Both the position numbers and the translations under genes were made by a program. From Nemertoderma westbladi (lineage: Eukaryota; Animalia; Xenacoelomorpha), in the NCBI GenBank assembly GCA_032718475.1, contig JAUCBJ010007287.1, forward strand, positions 43,910 to 107,909: DNA of 64,000 bases, in the 5' to 3' direction. Shown piece after piece: positions 1 through 11,572 of the stretch; the first letter of the stretch is position 1; each line of letters begins with the position of its first letter. Under the pieces are notes generated by a model that searched no databases, was not told where the DNA came from, and saw only the letters and a list, made by a program, of their open reading frames with translations.

Positions 1-101
1 CAAACCTTTGCGTTGTAACGATCTATCACTTCATTCAGTTCGTCGTTGTAATCGACTTGTCCCACTGGATGGATGAGGTGACACAGGTTCACTTGGTTTT
101 G

Positions 102-1511
102 TCAAGTTTCGCTTTCCGTAAGGAGGTTGATGGTATTCTCCTCGTCGAATAGTTGGTGAATATCGTCATTATCTGAGGAGTATGGTGTTCCCTCGTGAGT
201 GTCGTCTCCCTCACTGTTTTCCCCTTCCCATTCACTCACCTGGTAAACTTGCTCTTTAGGTAGCCTTTCCATGAGTGTCCTACTGGAAGGACCAGTAAAG
301 AACCAACCTACTCTAGTTCTTCCCGCATAAGTTTGCAATGGTTGCGGTTGAGCAGGCCATTTCTCCAATGTCTCAAGCGCCTCATGCGCATTTTGGCCGA
401 TGAGTATTTGTACCCCTGGGTAGTCGGTGTTAAATCTAGGTATTTCATGCCGCTGGGTCAAATCATCCTCATCCCAGTTATAAGGTTTCACTTGGCTGGT
501 AGCAAAGTTCTTTATTGCCACAATTTTTACTGACCTTATACTATGTTTTCCTAGTTCATCCTGGGGTGTGGACAACGCGCCTACATAGTATTCCGTAGCT
601 ACTGTAGATTTCCAAACCTGCATAATTCCTGAAAGGTTCAACTTAGTTCGGAACTTGGGTTGTCCAGCAAAGATATCTTTGGCTAGTTCTTTGTCGATGA
701 ATGTTCCTGTGCTGCCGGAGTCAAGAAGGGCGTTCACTATATAACTCCCTTTCAACCCGTGGACTCTCAACTGCACTACGGGAAATTCTCGGATTCCTAC
801 GTTGGAAGTTGGCGCTTTCCAAGATGGTTGTCGGTCAGGAATAGTTAGGGGGAGCTCACTATCGGTTTCAGTTTCATACGTAAGTGCTCGATACACTGCG
901 GTGTTTATTAGATAACAGGCTTTGTTTTCGTCGGAAAATTCATCCGTGTAGAATCCTTCCATCTCAGAAATTTGGTCAGTGTCGTTCACATAACTGAATT
1001 GGACATGTAGTTCGGACTCACTTACCTGACTCGGGCTGTTTCTTTCGAATTCGGTGTGCAACAAGATATGATGTTTCGCGCCGCACTTCGCACACCTTGC
1101 GTCGGAGTAACAGGTTCGCCGTTGGTGTCCTTGTCTGAGACAATTACAACACAACCACTTATCCCACATGACGTCACGTCTGTCCTTTAGTGACTTCTTC
1201 AAGAATTCATCACATCCACTCGAGCAATGGGGCCCATCGCACAACGCACATTTTGGTTTGATGTTACTTACTTTACCTTGGGTAGTGTTGTGCACACTCG
1301 TTCTTTCCTCGGGCTTTCTTCCATGAATTCTCTTAGGAGACGTGGGAGGAGTTTTTGTTGTATGTTCTCTCCTGTCACTGGTTCGAGACTTAAATTTACT
1401 TACATCCTCGGGCGCTTTGTTAACATAGTAAGATCTTTCGGTGTCTTTCCCGTTGCTCTCCTCTTGAGAGGTCTGGCTTTCGCCATCGTCTGTATAACAC
1501 ACTGGTGTCAC
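102..1511 (-). CDS. Bel/Pao gag zinc knuckles + aspartic protease
   Basis: CALCDGPHCSSGC, CCNCLRQGHQRRTC, CAKCGAKHHILLH; protease motif ALLDSGSTGTFI; QILIGQN and RTRVGW motifs. Confidence 0.88.
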   Translation of the reverse strand: MTPVCYTDDGESQTSQEESNGKDTERSYYVNKAPEDVSKFKSRTSDRREHTTKTPPTSPKRIHGRKPEERTSVHNTTQGKVSNIKPKCALCDGPHCSSGCDEFLKKSLKDRRDVMWDKWLCCNCLRQGHQRRTCYSDARCAKCGAKHHILLHTEFERNSPSQVSESELHVQFSYVNDTDQISEMEGFYTDEFSDENKACYLINTAVYRALTYETETDSELPLTIPDRQPSWKAPTSNVGIREFPVVQLRVHGLKGSYIVNALLDSGSTGTFIDKELAKDIFAGQPKFRTKLNLSGIMQVWKSTVATEYYVGALSTPQDELGKHSIRSVKIVAIKNFATSQVKPYNWDEDDLTQRHEIPRFNTDYPGVQILIGQNAHEALETLEKWPAQPQPLQTYAGRTRVGWFFTGPSSRTLMERLPKEQVYQVSEWEGENSEGDDTHEGTPYSSDNDDIHQLFDEENTINLLTESET

Positions 1512-1537
1512 TTTTCTCCTAGAAACGGGTTTTTCAC

Positions 1538-2575
1538 TTACCTTATTTCAGGTGTCTTCTCTCTGGACTGCTTTAGGAGCTGTAATTTTACCTTTCCATC
1601 TAAGAATGACATGAGATCAGCCATGGTAGGGTCTCTTCGTTGTTGTTCCATCAGATACAGAACTCTTTTGTCCCAATGAGTACCCACTCCACCCTTTGGC
1701 AAGGTAGATGCTACAGCTCCAATAACCATAGAACTCTGATACTCATGAGACTTACCTATCCAATCTAATTGTCTACCAATCTCCTGGATCTCATCTGAAA
1801 ATTCTATAATCCCGGTGCTAAGAACCTTTCGGGGCGCTACTAATTTTGCATACAAATATCTAGCTATGTTATTCCTATTACCATACCTGATGTTTAGTGT
1901 ATCCCAAACTTGTCTTAATCCATCTGGATGTCCAATAAATTTTAACGCCATTAACTTGGGAGATCCTTCCAAGCACTCGATGAGGAATCTAAGTTTCTCT
2001 CCGTTAGAGAGCACAGAGTTCTGTATGTTATCTTTATAATATTCATTAAAAGGTAACCATTTCATCTCATCTCCATTGAACTTGACAATTTCTCCCACCT
2101 TTACCGCTTGACGGGCTTCGGTTCTAGCCATTTGACGCGTAAAACTTTCTTGGGCCATCGTATTATTTAATATCGAGTTATCGGTATATAGATTTCTCGG
2201 ATTATGATCAGGTCTATATGGAATATCATTATCAACAGGTTTATCATTACCCTTAATAGGGTTTACTAAAGGAGTTTCTACTTTACTAGCAGTATAGATG
2301 CGTGTAGGCTCCACACCTTGCGCATGAAATACCTCAGACCTAACAGGTTGACACATTGTTACAGGGGGTGGTGTTATAACCCTTTGTATATTTACTAATT
2401 TATCGCGTTCTAACGCGATACTCTGCTGCACTTCTTGCAGTTCTAACCTACCCTCTCTTACTTTAACTGCTGCGCAGTCTCTTCCATTTCTCGGACGTGC
2501 TGGGAGGAACGTAGGCGCTGTTCTTCCAATTGTCCGAGCAGGAGATCTATCCCCCGCCGTCCCCCATCCACCCAC
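1538..2575 (-). CDS. Bel/Pao gag DUF1759-like domain (frameshifted relative to neighbours)
   Basis: KFNGDEMKWLPF...EKLRFLIECLEGSP...LNIRYGN, typical of Bel/Pao gag. Confidence 0.85.
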   Translation of the reverse strand: MGGWGTAGDRSPARTIGRTAPTFLPARPRNGRDCAAVKVREGRLELQEVQQSIALERDKLVNIQRVITPPPVTMCQPVRSEVFHAQGVEPTRIYTASKVETPLVNPIKGNDKPVDNDIPYRPDHNPRNLYTDNSILNNTMAQESFTRQMARTEARQAVKVGEIVKFNGDEMKWLPFNEYYKDNIQNSVLSNGEKLRFLIECLEGSPKLMALKFIGHPDGLRQVWDTLNIRYGNRNNIARYLYAKLVAPRKVLSTGIIEFSDEIQEIGRQLDWIGKSHEYQSSMVIGAVASTLPKGGVGTHWDKRVLYLMEQQRRDPTMADLMSFLDGKVKLQLLKQSREKTPEIR

Positions 2576-3720
2576 TCGACCGCCGAAGCGGGAGCCGCCA
2601 ACATAGTAGCGGGTAGATGAGGGACAACGGGCGAGAAATCTTTGATGTCTCGCTCGGCGTCCAAGACTGGGACTGTTTCTGCAGCTATTCTATTGGGCAC
2701 AGATAATTTAGTACTGTGCAAAGGGAATTTAGAGTTAGGCTCTGGAAGTACAGGGGTCTCTATCACAGAAGGAGTGGCTTCGAGAACAACAGGATTAATT
2801 ATTTCAGGCTCATCTACTATAGTAGGGAGTCTTTCTATTCTAATAATTTGGTCTGTGGGTTCTGGACTACATAAGTTTACACTAACTAGTTGCCTTCTCA
2901 CAGCTGGGGGCAAATTAGGCAATTTCTGGTGGTGGGGCGTTCTTCTACGTCGGCTGGAACGAGATCTATTTCCTCTGCCTTCAGGATCTGTCGTATCGCC
3001 TTCATCAGATGAGGTAAACCCCTGCCGCTTAGGAGTTGATCGACTTAGCAGTTGCATATCACTAGCTGTTACCTGTTTATTTAAGTAGTCTTGCTTCTCT
3101 TGGAGATTTTCCAACTCTAGTTGGGTGGTCTCTTCAGATGCTCTCCGTTCTGCTTCTACCGCTGCCGCTTTTCTTTCTGCCTCTGCCTCTGCTTCTGCCA
3201 CGGCCGTTTTTCTTTCTGCCTCTGCCATTGCAGCTTTTCTTTCTGCCTCTGCCGCTGCCGCTTTTCTTTCTGCCTCTGCCACTGCAGCTTTTCTTTCTGC
3301 CTCTGCCGCTGCCGCTGCCACTGCTGCTACCTTTCGGTCTTCTATACGTTTTTTCTTTAATTGTTCTTCTTGTTCCCTAGCGATGCGGATGCTTTCATCA
3401 AATTTAGTTCGATTTGCTGCTAGCCTTTCCGCATCTAACGAGTCTAGCACAAATTTGGCTCCCTCACTATTAGGGTGAAGTCCAGCTAACCGTCTCCTTA
3501 ACTCTTTGTCACCTATAAATCGCTGATAGTTTGACAGATAGATGTCAATGGCGTCCTTCTTCAGAGGTTTCTCTGATGTCGCTTCGCTTTCCACCTGAGA
3601 AAAGGTAGCGTCTGTTGATTCTCCTTGGGTCGAGCGCTCAGCTAGCTGAATTTTCCACTGTGTCGTTCCTTGGACTTTAAGACTCACTCGTTGGAACCAA
3701 GTCTTTACGGCAACTTGCAA
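2458..3720 (-). CDS. Bel/Pao gag N-terminal coiled-coil region with Ala/Glu repeats
   Basis: Long ORF directly upstream of DUF1759 with (AEAERKAAx)n repeats encoded by 27-bp units at ~3140-3330. Confidence 0.7.
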   Translation of the reverse strand: MQVAVKTWFQRVSLKVQGTTQWKIQLAERSTQGESTDATFSQVESEATSEKPLKKDAIDIYLSNYQRFIGDKELRRRLAGLHPNSEGAKFVLDSLDAERLAANRTKFDESIRIAREQEEQLKKKRIEDRKVAAVAAAAAEAERKAAVAEAERKAAAAEAERKAAMAEAERKTAVAEAEAEAERKAAAVEAERRASEETTQLELENLQEKQDYLNKQVTASDMQLLSRSTPKRQGFTSSDEGDTTDPEGRGNRSRSSRRRRTPHHQKLPNLPPAVRRQLVSVNLCSPEPTDQIIRIERLPTIVDEPEIINPVVLEATPSVIETPVLPEPNSKFPLHSTKLSVPNRIAAETVPVLDAERDIKDFSPVVPHLPATMLAAPASAVEWVDGGRRGIDLLLGQLEEQRLRSSQHVREMEETAQQLK

Positions 3721-6027
3721 TGACGTGTCTTGGCTTCTCTTCGAGGCTTCTTCAAAGGCAGATAGGATTAGTCTGATTCTTAAGATTCGTTCTCGAACTT
3801 GATAAAGCAGCGCTCCCTGCTATTGAGGTCCATGAGGTTGTTGAAACAGGTGTTCCTCTAATCGCTCCAAAGAGTTGAAGAATCCCTGTACATATCCTGC
3901 TGCCGACCTCTTCGGTATATAATTTCAGCTTAAATTTATAATAAATATAATAAGCCTATCGTAAATACCGGTATGTCAATTATTTTATAATAACTGAATT
4001 TCTGAATTTTAGGGTTACTTTACGTTACTTTATTACCGTTATTTAAGCAGTGGTCTAACTGATATTAAGACCTAATTGATGCCTAACAGGTCTACTATTT
4101 TATAAATCTGTTGGAGTTGATTTATAATATTTGTACCCATTTAATGGGTGTTTTGTTACAATATTTGAAACAAATGTTATTCTTTCTGGTTAGGGGTCGC
4201 TACACAAAAGCTAAACGCTCTCAGTGGAGTGCTACCTGTTGGACACTAAAACATATAATTCTACTTGACTAAGTTACTTATTACTACAAATTACTTACAA
4301 TTACGGGTGGGATTACAATCTCTAAATAAACAACAACAAATTACACGTACAAATTTTAGGGTAATTTTACAGGGAATCTACAAACCAGTCTAACAGGGAG
4401 TGTGAATGTCTGGTTATTACTAACGGACAGGATACTACGGTATTTGAAAATAATTAAGCAGTAGTAAATACACCGTGTTGTCTAGATAGGAAAATACCAC
4501 CGTCTGACGACTTATAGCCTTTTTGCTATACAGCACTATAAGTACTACGTTATGTACCCGGAGTGTCCTTACCTAGAAGTTAATTACCGCAGCCTACCAG
4601 AGCTAACATGCCTATTAATCACTTTACAACACAAATATACTGTCTACAAACTAAATTACTTTCGGAAAGCACTGTACACTAAACCCTAAATTAGGCACAA
4701 GTACTTATATAACAAATAACCAGCTGTCTAAAAATACTTGTACAGCTAAAAGAACCACGGTATCTGCTGGAGTGACTAGCGCATAAAATCACCAGTCTTT
4801 ACCTACGCCAAGCATCCCTGACGTAGTACCGGGGTTAATTTAACTATAACGGTATGTATAACATACACAATTACTGTAGGAATTAACTTGGGGTATGTAG
4901 GTTGCGAATACTTGCATAAACTCTGAATAATAAATATTACGCTACCCTTACAGACTACACAAACAAAATACAGACCAAACGCTGGCAGACTACTATCAAG
5001 CCTAAATAAACTACAGTATATGCAGACTCCGAAATGGTTAGTTAGTATGTGTTCTAACCGAGTAGTACGACTTATTCTTTCGGGGGGGATTTACCTTACA
5101 GCACTGGATGCCCCCACATTCCTAACTAGTACTTTATCGGACATACACTCTACACACACTGCAATCTCTTCAGACCTAACAACAGCCAGACAACAATCCA
5201 GCCTACAAATTATCTGTACAATCTGAGCAGGCTTACACGTCTTCTGCTCAATATTAACTTACAGATAAATAAAACTGACAGAAATAAGTAAAATCCCAAT
5301 AAAAAACCAGGGCTGCAGTCCCCAATTAAATATCAAGACCTCCCGGTATACAATTATCAAAATCAAATAATACTGATGTACCTGTACTGCTGTAAGTACC
5401 GGTTCGGGTGGTTATGTAGTTAGGCCTACAGGTTACCGCTCGACCGGTACTTTCGACTTTATTGCCTACGTTGCAATAAAGAAACAAGATAACTGTTATT
5501 GTTCTTACCAGAACAATAGACAAATGTATTTATTGTCTACACTGCAAATAAAGAATATAACTGTTATTGTTCGCGCTTTTAGACCTTTAGCAGTTTAACC
5601 CGCTAATTTTAGGTGTCTTCTAGTTTTAGTTTATAAATCGACTTTAGCTTATAACAAGTATTTGTTACATATACGATATAAAGTTACACTAGCCAAAACC
5701 AGCCTATGCGCGACCATTCACCCACGGTTAAGGGGGACTGGATTCGGAGGCTCTGACCTTATTGCGGTGTAGGCTTACTGTACTATTCGATTGATCGTTA
5801 AGATATAATCTCTGACAAATATTATTTACTTTCGGGAAATATTAACAGTTCCTTTAGGACGTGGCGCTCTAAGTATATAAACAGAGTTATGGCTTACACT
5901 AAACACAACGGGATGGCTAATGATTTTCGTATAAAGCGCATTCTTTAGGAAATGCTTTGTTATCAGTCATACTCATGCACACTACCACACACTGCTGCAC
6001 ACTGATCCGCCGACCTTCACTAAATTT

Positions 6028-6604
6028 GATCATATATAAGGAGAATGGCAACCGACACATGTAGGTATTATGAAATAGCATTCAATTCACTTCAAAACCA
6101 CTATAATGTAAGTCGCAGTTGCTACAGGTAACTGGTCCCTCTTACCTTCAGTATATCAAGAAGATTGGGGTTTTATGATTATTTATCGATATTCTCCAAA
6201 TATAACAACATATTCATCAACTTCTAACAATTAATAACCGACAGTAAATAGCAGTAAAATAATGCGTTGAGTCTGTTGCTCGGTTTGATATGTAAACAAC
6301 TACTGCTATGAGTTGGCTAGTAAGTAAAATAACAGTTATACGCTTCTATAATCAAAGCCGTCGAATGTTTGGTTAAAGTCTTAAACTAAAAATAATTTCA
6401 AAGCCGATGTTCTGGGCTCAGGAAAAAGGTAAACACAACTACTGCTGACATACACAGACTTGCTCAGTTTACATAGCTCTTTTCCAAGAAAAATGAAAAT
6501 CGCTCTGATTGGCTGAGCCTAGCTGAGCCGAACAAAGAACACAGAGCACAAGGGAAAGTTCCACGTCAGCAAATCAGCTGACAGATTTCGTCATCTGAAC
6601 TACA
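6028..6604 (-). repeat. Possible 5' LTR of Bel/Pao element 1
   Basis: TG...CA-bounded stretch upstream of the leader, with CCAAT-like (ctgattggc) and TATA-like motifs. No second copy in the window to confirm. Confidence 0.3.
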
Positions 6605-7994
6605 CTGTATTAAGAGTATTTTGACGCATTGCGGCATAAAATGGATTGTTATGTCCGCTACGTACACATACAGAAAAATGGCTTTTTATGTCCACTAAAA
6701 ACAACTACAGAGTACTTTGCGGGAAAAATGATTAGTTATAGCCGCAAAAGCTTTTACAACTAGTATCGGCATGCTGCATTGCAGCTACATTTTTAAGATT
6801 GCTAAATAGACATATTATAAGGGATTGTTGTATGGAAATAACTGAGAAATTGAAAAATCCGCCCGACCACCAGTAAGAATAGGTGTCGATCTATCATCAT
6901 ACCGAATTTCGTAGCATTTTATTGAAATTTGAAAAAAAAATTAGGGGGGGGGGGGGGGGGGGCTCCGACCCTCTAAAAATGGTTGTTGTATTAAGGGTTA
7001 TGGTGTATATATCTATACTTATTTCCCCCCAAAAATACCATGCCCCATTTCTAATCAACTCCCCCCAAACAAAACCCTTTTAGAAATGTTTGAAGCCTTA
7101 GCAATAAATTACTCGTAGGTGAGTGAAGGTACTGTAATGTTATGTTGTATGTTGTGTATGTAAAATGTATGTTGTAAATGTAAGTACTTTAATAATAAGT
7201 ACTTCGCAAAAATAGTACACTACTAAACGGTATATTATGCCTATAAAACCTTTGCTATAAAATGTGTAATGGTTTTGGTACAACTTCTCAAGCTTTAATT
7301 TTGAATATATTAATGGGACCATTATCCCAAATCTATTTGTTTTATTTATAAAGCTACTATTCTGAAACTTTAATACAATTATCTGTGATCTTATATATAC
7401 TATTAAAACTGAGTATAGATAACTTCATAAACCGTTTGTTCGAAAAATATGGAAATTTTTGAGCAGGTCGGTTTATTCAAAAATTCTATAAATTTGTGGC
7501 ATTTCTATGTAAATTAGCTCATGTTTAAGGATCTGTAATACCCTGCATTGAAGTTCTTGGTCCAAGATTTTGGTAAAAGGGACCTAAAAATGTAGGCTAT
7601 TTTCTATGATAATTTTAGCACAAAATTACTGTTTTTGAAAAATTTAGGGGGGTTTTAGTATTTCCGGGCTATATTTTGAAAATAAATATTTTGTGATAGA
7701 CAAAGTGTAGCAGTTACAAAATCGGTTCTAGAAGATCCAAATGGCCATGTTTTACAAAACCAACGATAGTAGTCCTAAAGCTGCTGAACATTTTGTATGT
7801 TGTATGACAATTGAGTAAAAAATAAAATAGTATAGTAGTAAATATGTAGTAGGGAATTTAGTGATTAAAAAAAGTCAAAGTTACTGTATGTTGCTGCATT
7901 ACAGTATGTAGGAGATATAATAATGAAGCATTCCTATAATTATTAATTATTTAATAATGTACTGGTCGGTAGATAATGTTTCTGTAATTTGCAG

Positions 7995-8152
7995 CTGGAT
8001 TTTGTATACTGACGACTTCGATGGTGCAACCGACATTGCCAAGCCAGGGAACTACTCAACTAATCAACTATCTAATACGGCCAACTCACTCAGTTCCTTG
8101 AGACTCATTCTTGAGAATGGAATGACATTGTTTAGTGGAAAATACTATACAG
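7995..8152 (+). CDS. Host exon encoding beta/gamma-crystallin-like Greek-key motifs
   Basis: Acceptor tttgcag and donor ag|gtagac (alternative at 8160). Peptide WILYTDDFDGATDIAKPGNYST...NSLSSLR then GMTLFSGKYYTG matches the W-x-L-Y...F-x-G...P-G-x-Y...N-x-x-S-S-L-R pattern. Confidence 0.65.
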
Positions 8153-8468
8153 GTAGACAGGTTCAGGATTATATTACATCTTAATTATTATTTAAAATAA
8201 TTTATAATTTAGAAATACACTTATACAGTAGCAAATCTATGTTTTCTAATTTTTTTTTGCATCCAATCCAGAAATTATTTTAATTTTCTCGGCACTTGCA
8301 CACTGATAGTTTTTACCGGCTAACTTTGGGTGCGATATTAAAAAAAACATGGTGATACAACAATAGTAGTAGGGTCTTGGGCGGCTTTGTGACAGTTCGA
8401 CCCAACTGACTGGCGCCAATCTGTCTGGGTGACACCCAATGACACCCTATGGGTGTCATTGGCGCCAG

Positions 8469-8567
8469 ACTGTCTGGGTGACACCTATTAGGGTTTAATT
8501 GTACTAATTAATTGATGACATCTGTCAATTAGTACAATTAAACCCTAATAGGTGTCACCCAGACAGT
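8469..8567. repeat. Perfect inverted repeat (41-bp arms, 17-nt loop) in a small foldback element
   Basis: actgtctgggtgacacctattagggtttaattgtactaatt pairs with 8527-8567; a second small hairpin lies at 8436-8462. Confidence 0.9.
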
Positions 8568-8835
8568 TTGGTGTCAGTGTTGTCTAACTGTACACCTAGA
8601 GGCCCAAGAGGGTGTCATAAGTGACACCGTGGCTCTTTTATTTATTAATACCTATTTATTTATATTTAATTTTAATTAATTATTTGTATTTTATTTTTTA
8701 ATAATATAACTTATTATTAATAATTTCAGTAAACTAATAAATGCACCATAGATTTATTACATACAATACCACACAGCAAAATGTTTTAGCAAAACGTTTG
8801 TTAATGAATTAGCAAAATACTAGCACCAACACCAC

Positions 8836-9125
8836 CTGTCACACAAAGCCACCTGGTATCCCAGCGCCGTCGTCCAGCCTGAGCCCGCTACGCCATTTCG
8901 TCCACGACCCTCTAAGGCAATGGGAAGCCCCGCGAACGATAGCCAGCTGGACCCGGGTACGGACCCACCCCATCACCATGCTGTAGGGTCTCCCCCACGT
9001 CCGGTGGAGCTTCTGGGCAATGGTCCTGAGGAGCTTGTCCGCTTGGGGGGCCAACACTCCGTCGCAGGAGGCGACGTATGGCGAGAAGTCGCCACGCCGC
9101 GCCCAGTCTGCGTCAGAGTAGAAGA
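8836..9125 (-). mobile_element. CRE-like non-LTR retrotransposon 3' fragment (RLE endonuclease C-terminus)
   Basis: DFSPYVASCDGVLAPQADKLLRTIAQKL...WGRPYSMVMGWVRTRVQLAIVRGASHCLRGS. Confidence 0.7.
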
Positions 9126-9790
9126 GTTTGTATTTTATTTTACTTTATTTATTCGTATTTAATTCTAAATTAATTATTCATTTGTACTTTATTTTAAATT
9201 AATAAATTTTATTAACTTAACTTTATACATTGATTTCTATTTTTAGATTAATTAGTTTTTATATTACCAATGAGATCACTATGACATAATGTCTATATTT
9301 ATCTTTATAATGGCTATGGTATACGGCTCCCTACTGGCAACTGCTGTCGTTATTCATTAAGTTGATACGACACGGTCTCTAATGCATTGAATATACACGT
9401 ATACCCCCAAGGCAAATATAAATAAGTGGTCCCGGCTGTTAGCAGCCCTTTGATGACTCACTAATAATCCCAACGCGGCCTTGAATACACCAAATCCGTA
9501 TATCACCCAAGGCTAATGTTCCAGCGGCGGCCCTCCTTTGTTCTCACTACGGCATCACTTGGGTCCTTTCCTATATCCAGGCATCCCGTATCATAACAAT
9601 GAAGCGCCTCTAAACACGCATTCCTCTCTACTAATCCCATTCCTATGCAACAGACCTGCTTCTGTTATACACTCAACTCAACATAATTAGTCAAGATGCC
9701 TACAGGGGTTTTCTAATATAGAATCAACACCATGAGAAGTTGCCCTGGTAACCGCTTATGCATGAACACACAATTAGCGAGCCACCGATT

Positions 9791-10048
9791 GCTGCCGCTA
9801 GAGGGCGTATTATTTGAAAATTAACATCTTCTCTAGCTTTGTTATTTACAATCCGCAAAACTATGAAGTTATATTGCTTAAGAGTTCTAAGGGGCGAGCC
9901 ATGAGGCAAGATGTTTGAGACTTATTTAGATATGTTATTACTTAATTTTGGCCCCCCAATCGGTATCTATTACAATATGGGCTATATTTTTTGCAGAGTC
10001 ACAGAGTCGTCTGAAGTTCCCCAGTCTGCCGCTAGAGGGCGAAATGTC
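9791..10048 (+). promoter_or_regulatory. Pair of CTCF-like motifs
   Basis: tgccgctagagggcg at ~9793 and ~10027; the second is preceded by ctgaagttccccag (upstream-motif-like). Confidence 0.55.
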
Positions 10049-10147
10049 TCAAAGTGAATACCATATGGTAGCCATGAATTGGTTACTAGGCAATAATACT
10101 GCATTTTGCAACGTTAGGCCTATTGCTGACCGAACGAAAACTGCCCT

Positions 10148-10218
10148 GGTTCATACAGGGATCGAACCCATGACATACGGGAGATGTGAATTCAATGCAA
10201 CCACTACACCAAGGTGGA
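10148..10218 (-). repeat. tRNA-derived (SINE head or pseudo-tRNA) sequence
   Basis: A-box-like tggtgtagtgg and B-box ggttcgatccc on the minus strand; no clean cloverleaf. Confidence 0.5.
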
Positions 10219-10282
10219 ACAGTAACCGTCGAATTTGTTCGTTGACGTTCGAATTTGTAAGACTCTCATTTAAGACCTGAAA

Positions 10283-11060
10283 CAGACTATGCCTCACTGA
10301 GGCACTGAGGCATAGACTATTCCTCACTGAGGCATCTCCTATGACTCACTGAGGCATAGACTATGACTCACTGATGCATAGACTATGCCTCACTGAGGCA
10401 TAGACTATGACTCACTGAGGTATAGACTATGACTCACTGAGGCATAGACTATGCCTCACTGAGGCACTGAGGCATAGACTATGCCGAACTGAGGCATAGA
10501 CTATGCCTCACTGAGACACTGAGGCATAGAATATGCCTCTCTGAGGCATAGACTATGACTCACTTAGGCATAGACTATGCCTCACTGAGGCATAGACTAT
10601 GACTCACTGATGCATAGACTATGCCTCACTGAGGCATAGACTATGCCTCACTGAGACATAGACTATGCCTCACTGAGGCATAGACTATGACTCACTGAGG
10701 CATAGAGGAATGCCTCACTGAAGCACTGAGGCATAGACTATGCCTCACTGAGGCATAGACTATGACTCACTGAGTCATAGACTATGACTCACTGAGGCAT
10801 AGACTATGCCCTCACTGAAGCACTGAGGCATAGAATATGCCTCACTGAGGGACTGAGGCATAGAATATGCCTCACTGAGGCATAGACTATACCTCACTGA
10901 GGCATAGACTATGCCTCACTGAGGCATAGACTATGCCTCACTGAGGCATAGACTATGACTCACTGAGGCACTGAGGCATAGACTATGACTCAGTGCCTCA
11001 GTGAGGCATAGACTATGACTCACTGAGGCATAGACTATGCCTCACTGAGACACTGAGGCA
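10283..11060. repeat. 22-bp minisatellite (catagactatgcctcactgagg)n
   Basis: Over 30 near-identical units, with occasional 8-bp cactgagg duplications. Confidence 0.97.
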
Positions 11061-11572
11061 CGCTGATTTTCTTTTCCAAAAAAAATTTTATTGGTAGGCT
11101 CGCAAGCCTTCCATCCGCTCTTGTCCTCCCTAATTTTAATTTTTTATCTAGCTGTATTCTAGAATTCGCATTCACTGGAGAATAATTTTTCTTAAATTTA
11201 AATCCAACTAAATGGATTTGTCTAATAATTTTTGAAAAATTGTCTCACTTGTGGTTTCCAAGTGGAATTCCATTCCTACTGTACACACAATCCCGCTCCT
11301 ATGTGATACATAAGGGTACTACCCTCCATGTTCACATATAAAGACAATTGAATTCCACCGCTGTCTCTATCTACAGTGTAGAGGAATACAAATGCACATA
11401 CAGTAATACAAAATACTAAATTACTAAAATACGGTAAGTCTATGTGGCGGCCATCAAGGGTCCTCCACATCTCTATTTACTAAGATTGGGTGGAGATTTG
11501 TAGTCTCCTGTCTCGTTTCTAGTCTCCTTAAGGAGCACGAGACGTTGTACAGGCCTATCTACAGTACGTCCG

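Larger units (their letters stand above)
1..6030 (-). mobile_element. Bel/Pao LTR retrotransposon 1 (long leader, gag, protease; continues off the left edge)
   Basis: Colinear ORFs on the minus strand: coiled-coil, DUF1759-like gag, three Cys/His knuckles and an aspartic protease motif. This is the Bel/Pao order. The 5' boundary is approximate. Confidence 0.85.

Noticed and set aside
1518-1540. GT-AG micro-intron joining Bel 1 gag ORFs
   Set aside because: Only ~23 nt long; a single-base indel (decay or sequencing error) explains the frame change.
3121-3478. + strand Cys/Phe-, Ala/Ser- and Leu/Pro-rich ORFs
   Set aside because: Antisense shadows of the 27-bp gag repeat; the same applies to most short ORFs opposite RT and gag regions.
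9290-9720. Possible terminal exon of a host gene
   Set aside because: Stops in the candidate frames and no recognisable domain.
10283-11060. CRISPR-like array of palindromic repeats
   Set aside because: No unique spacers, no cas genes and a eukaryotic context; it is a minisatellite.
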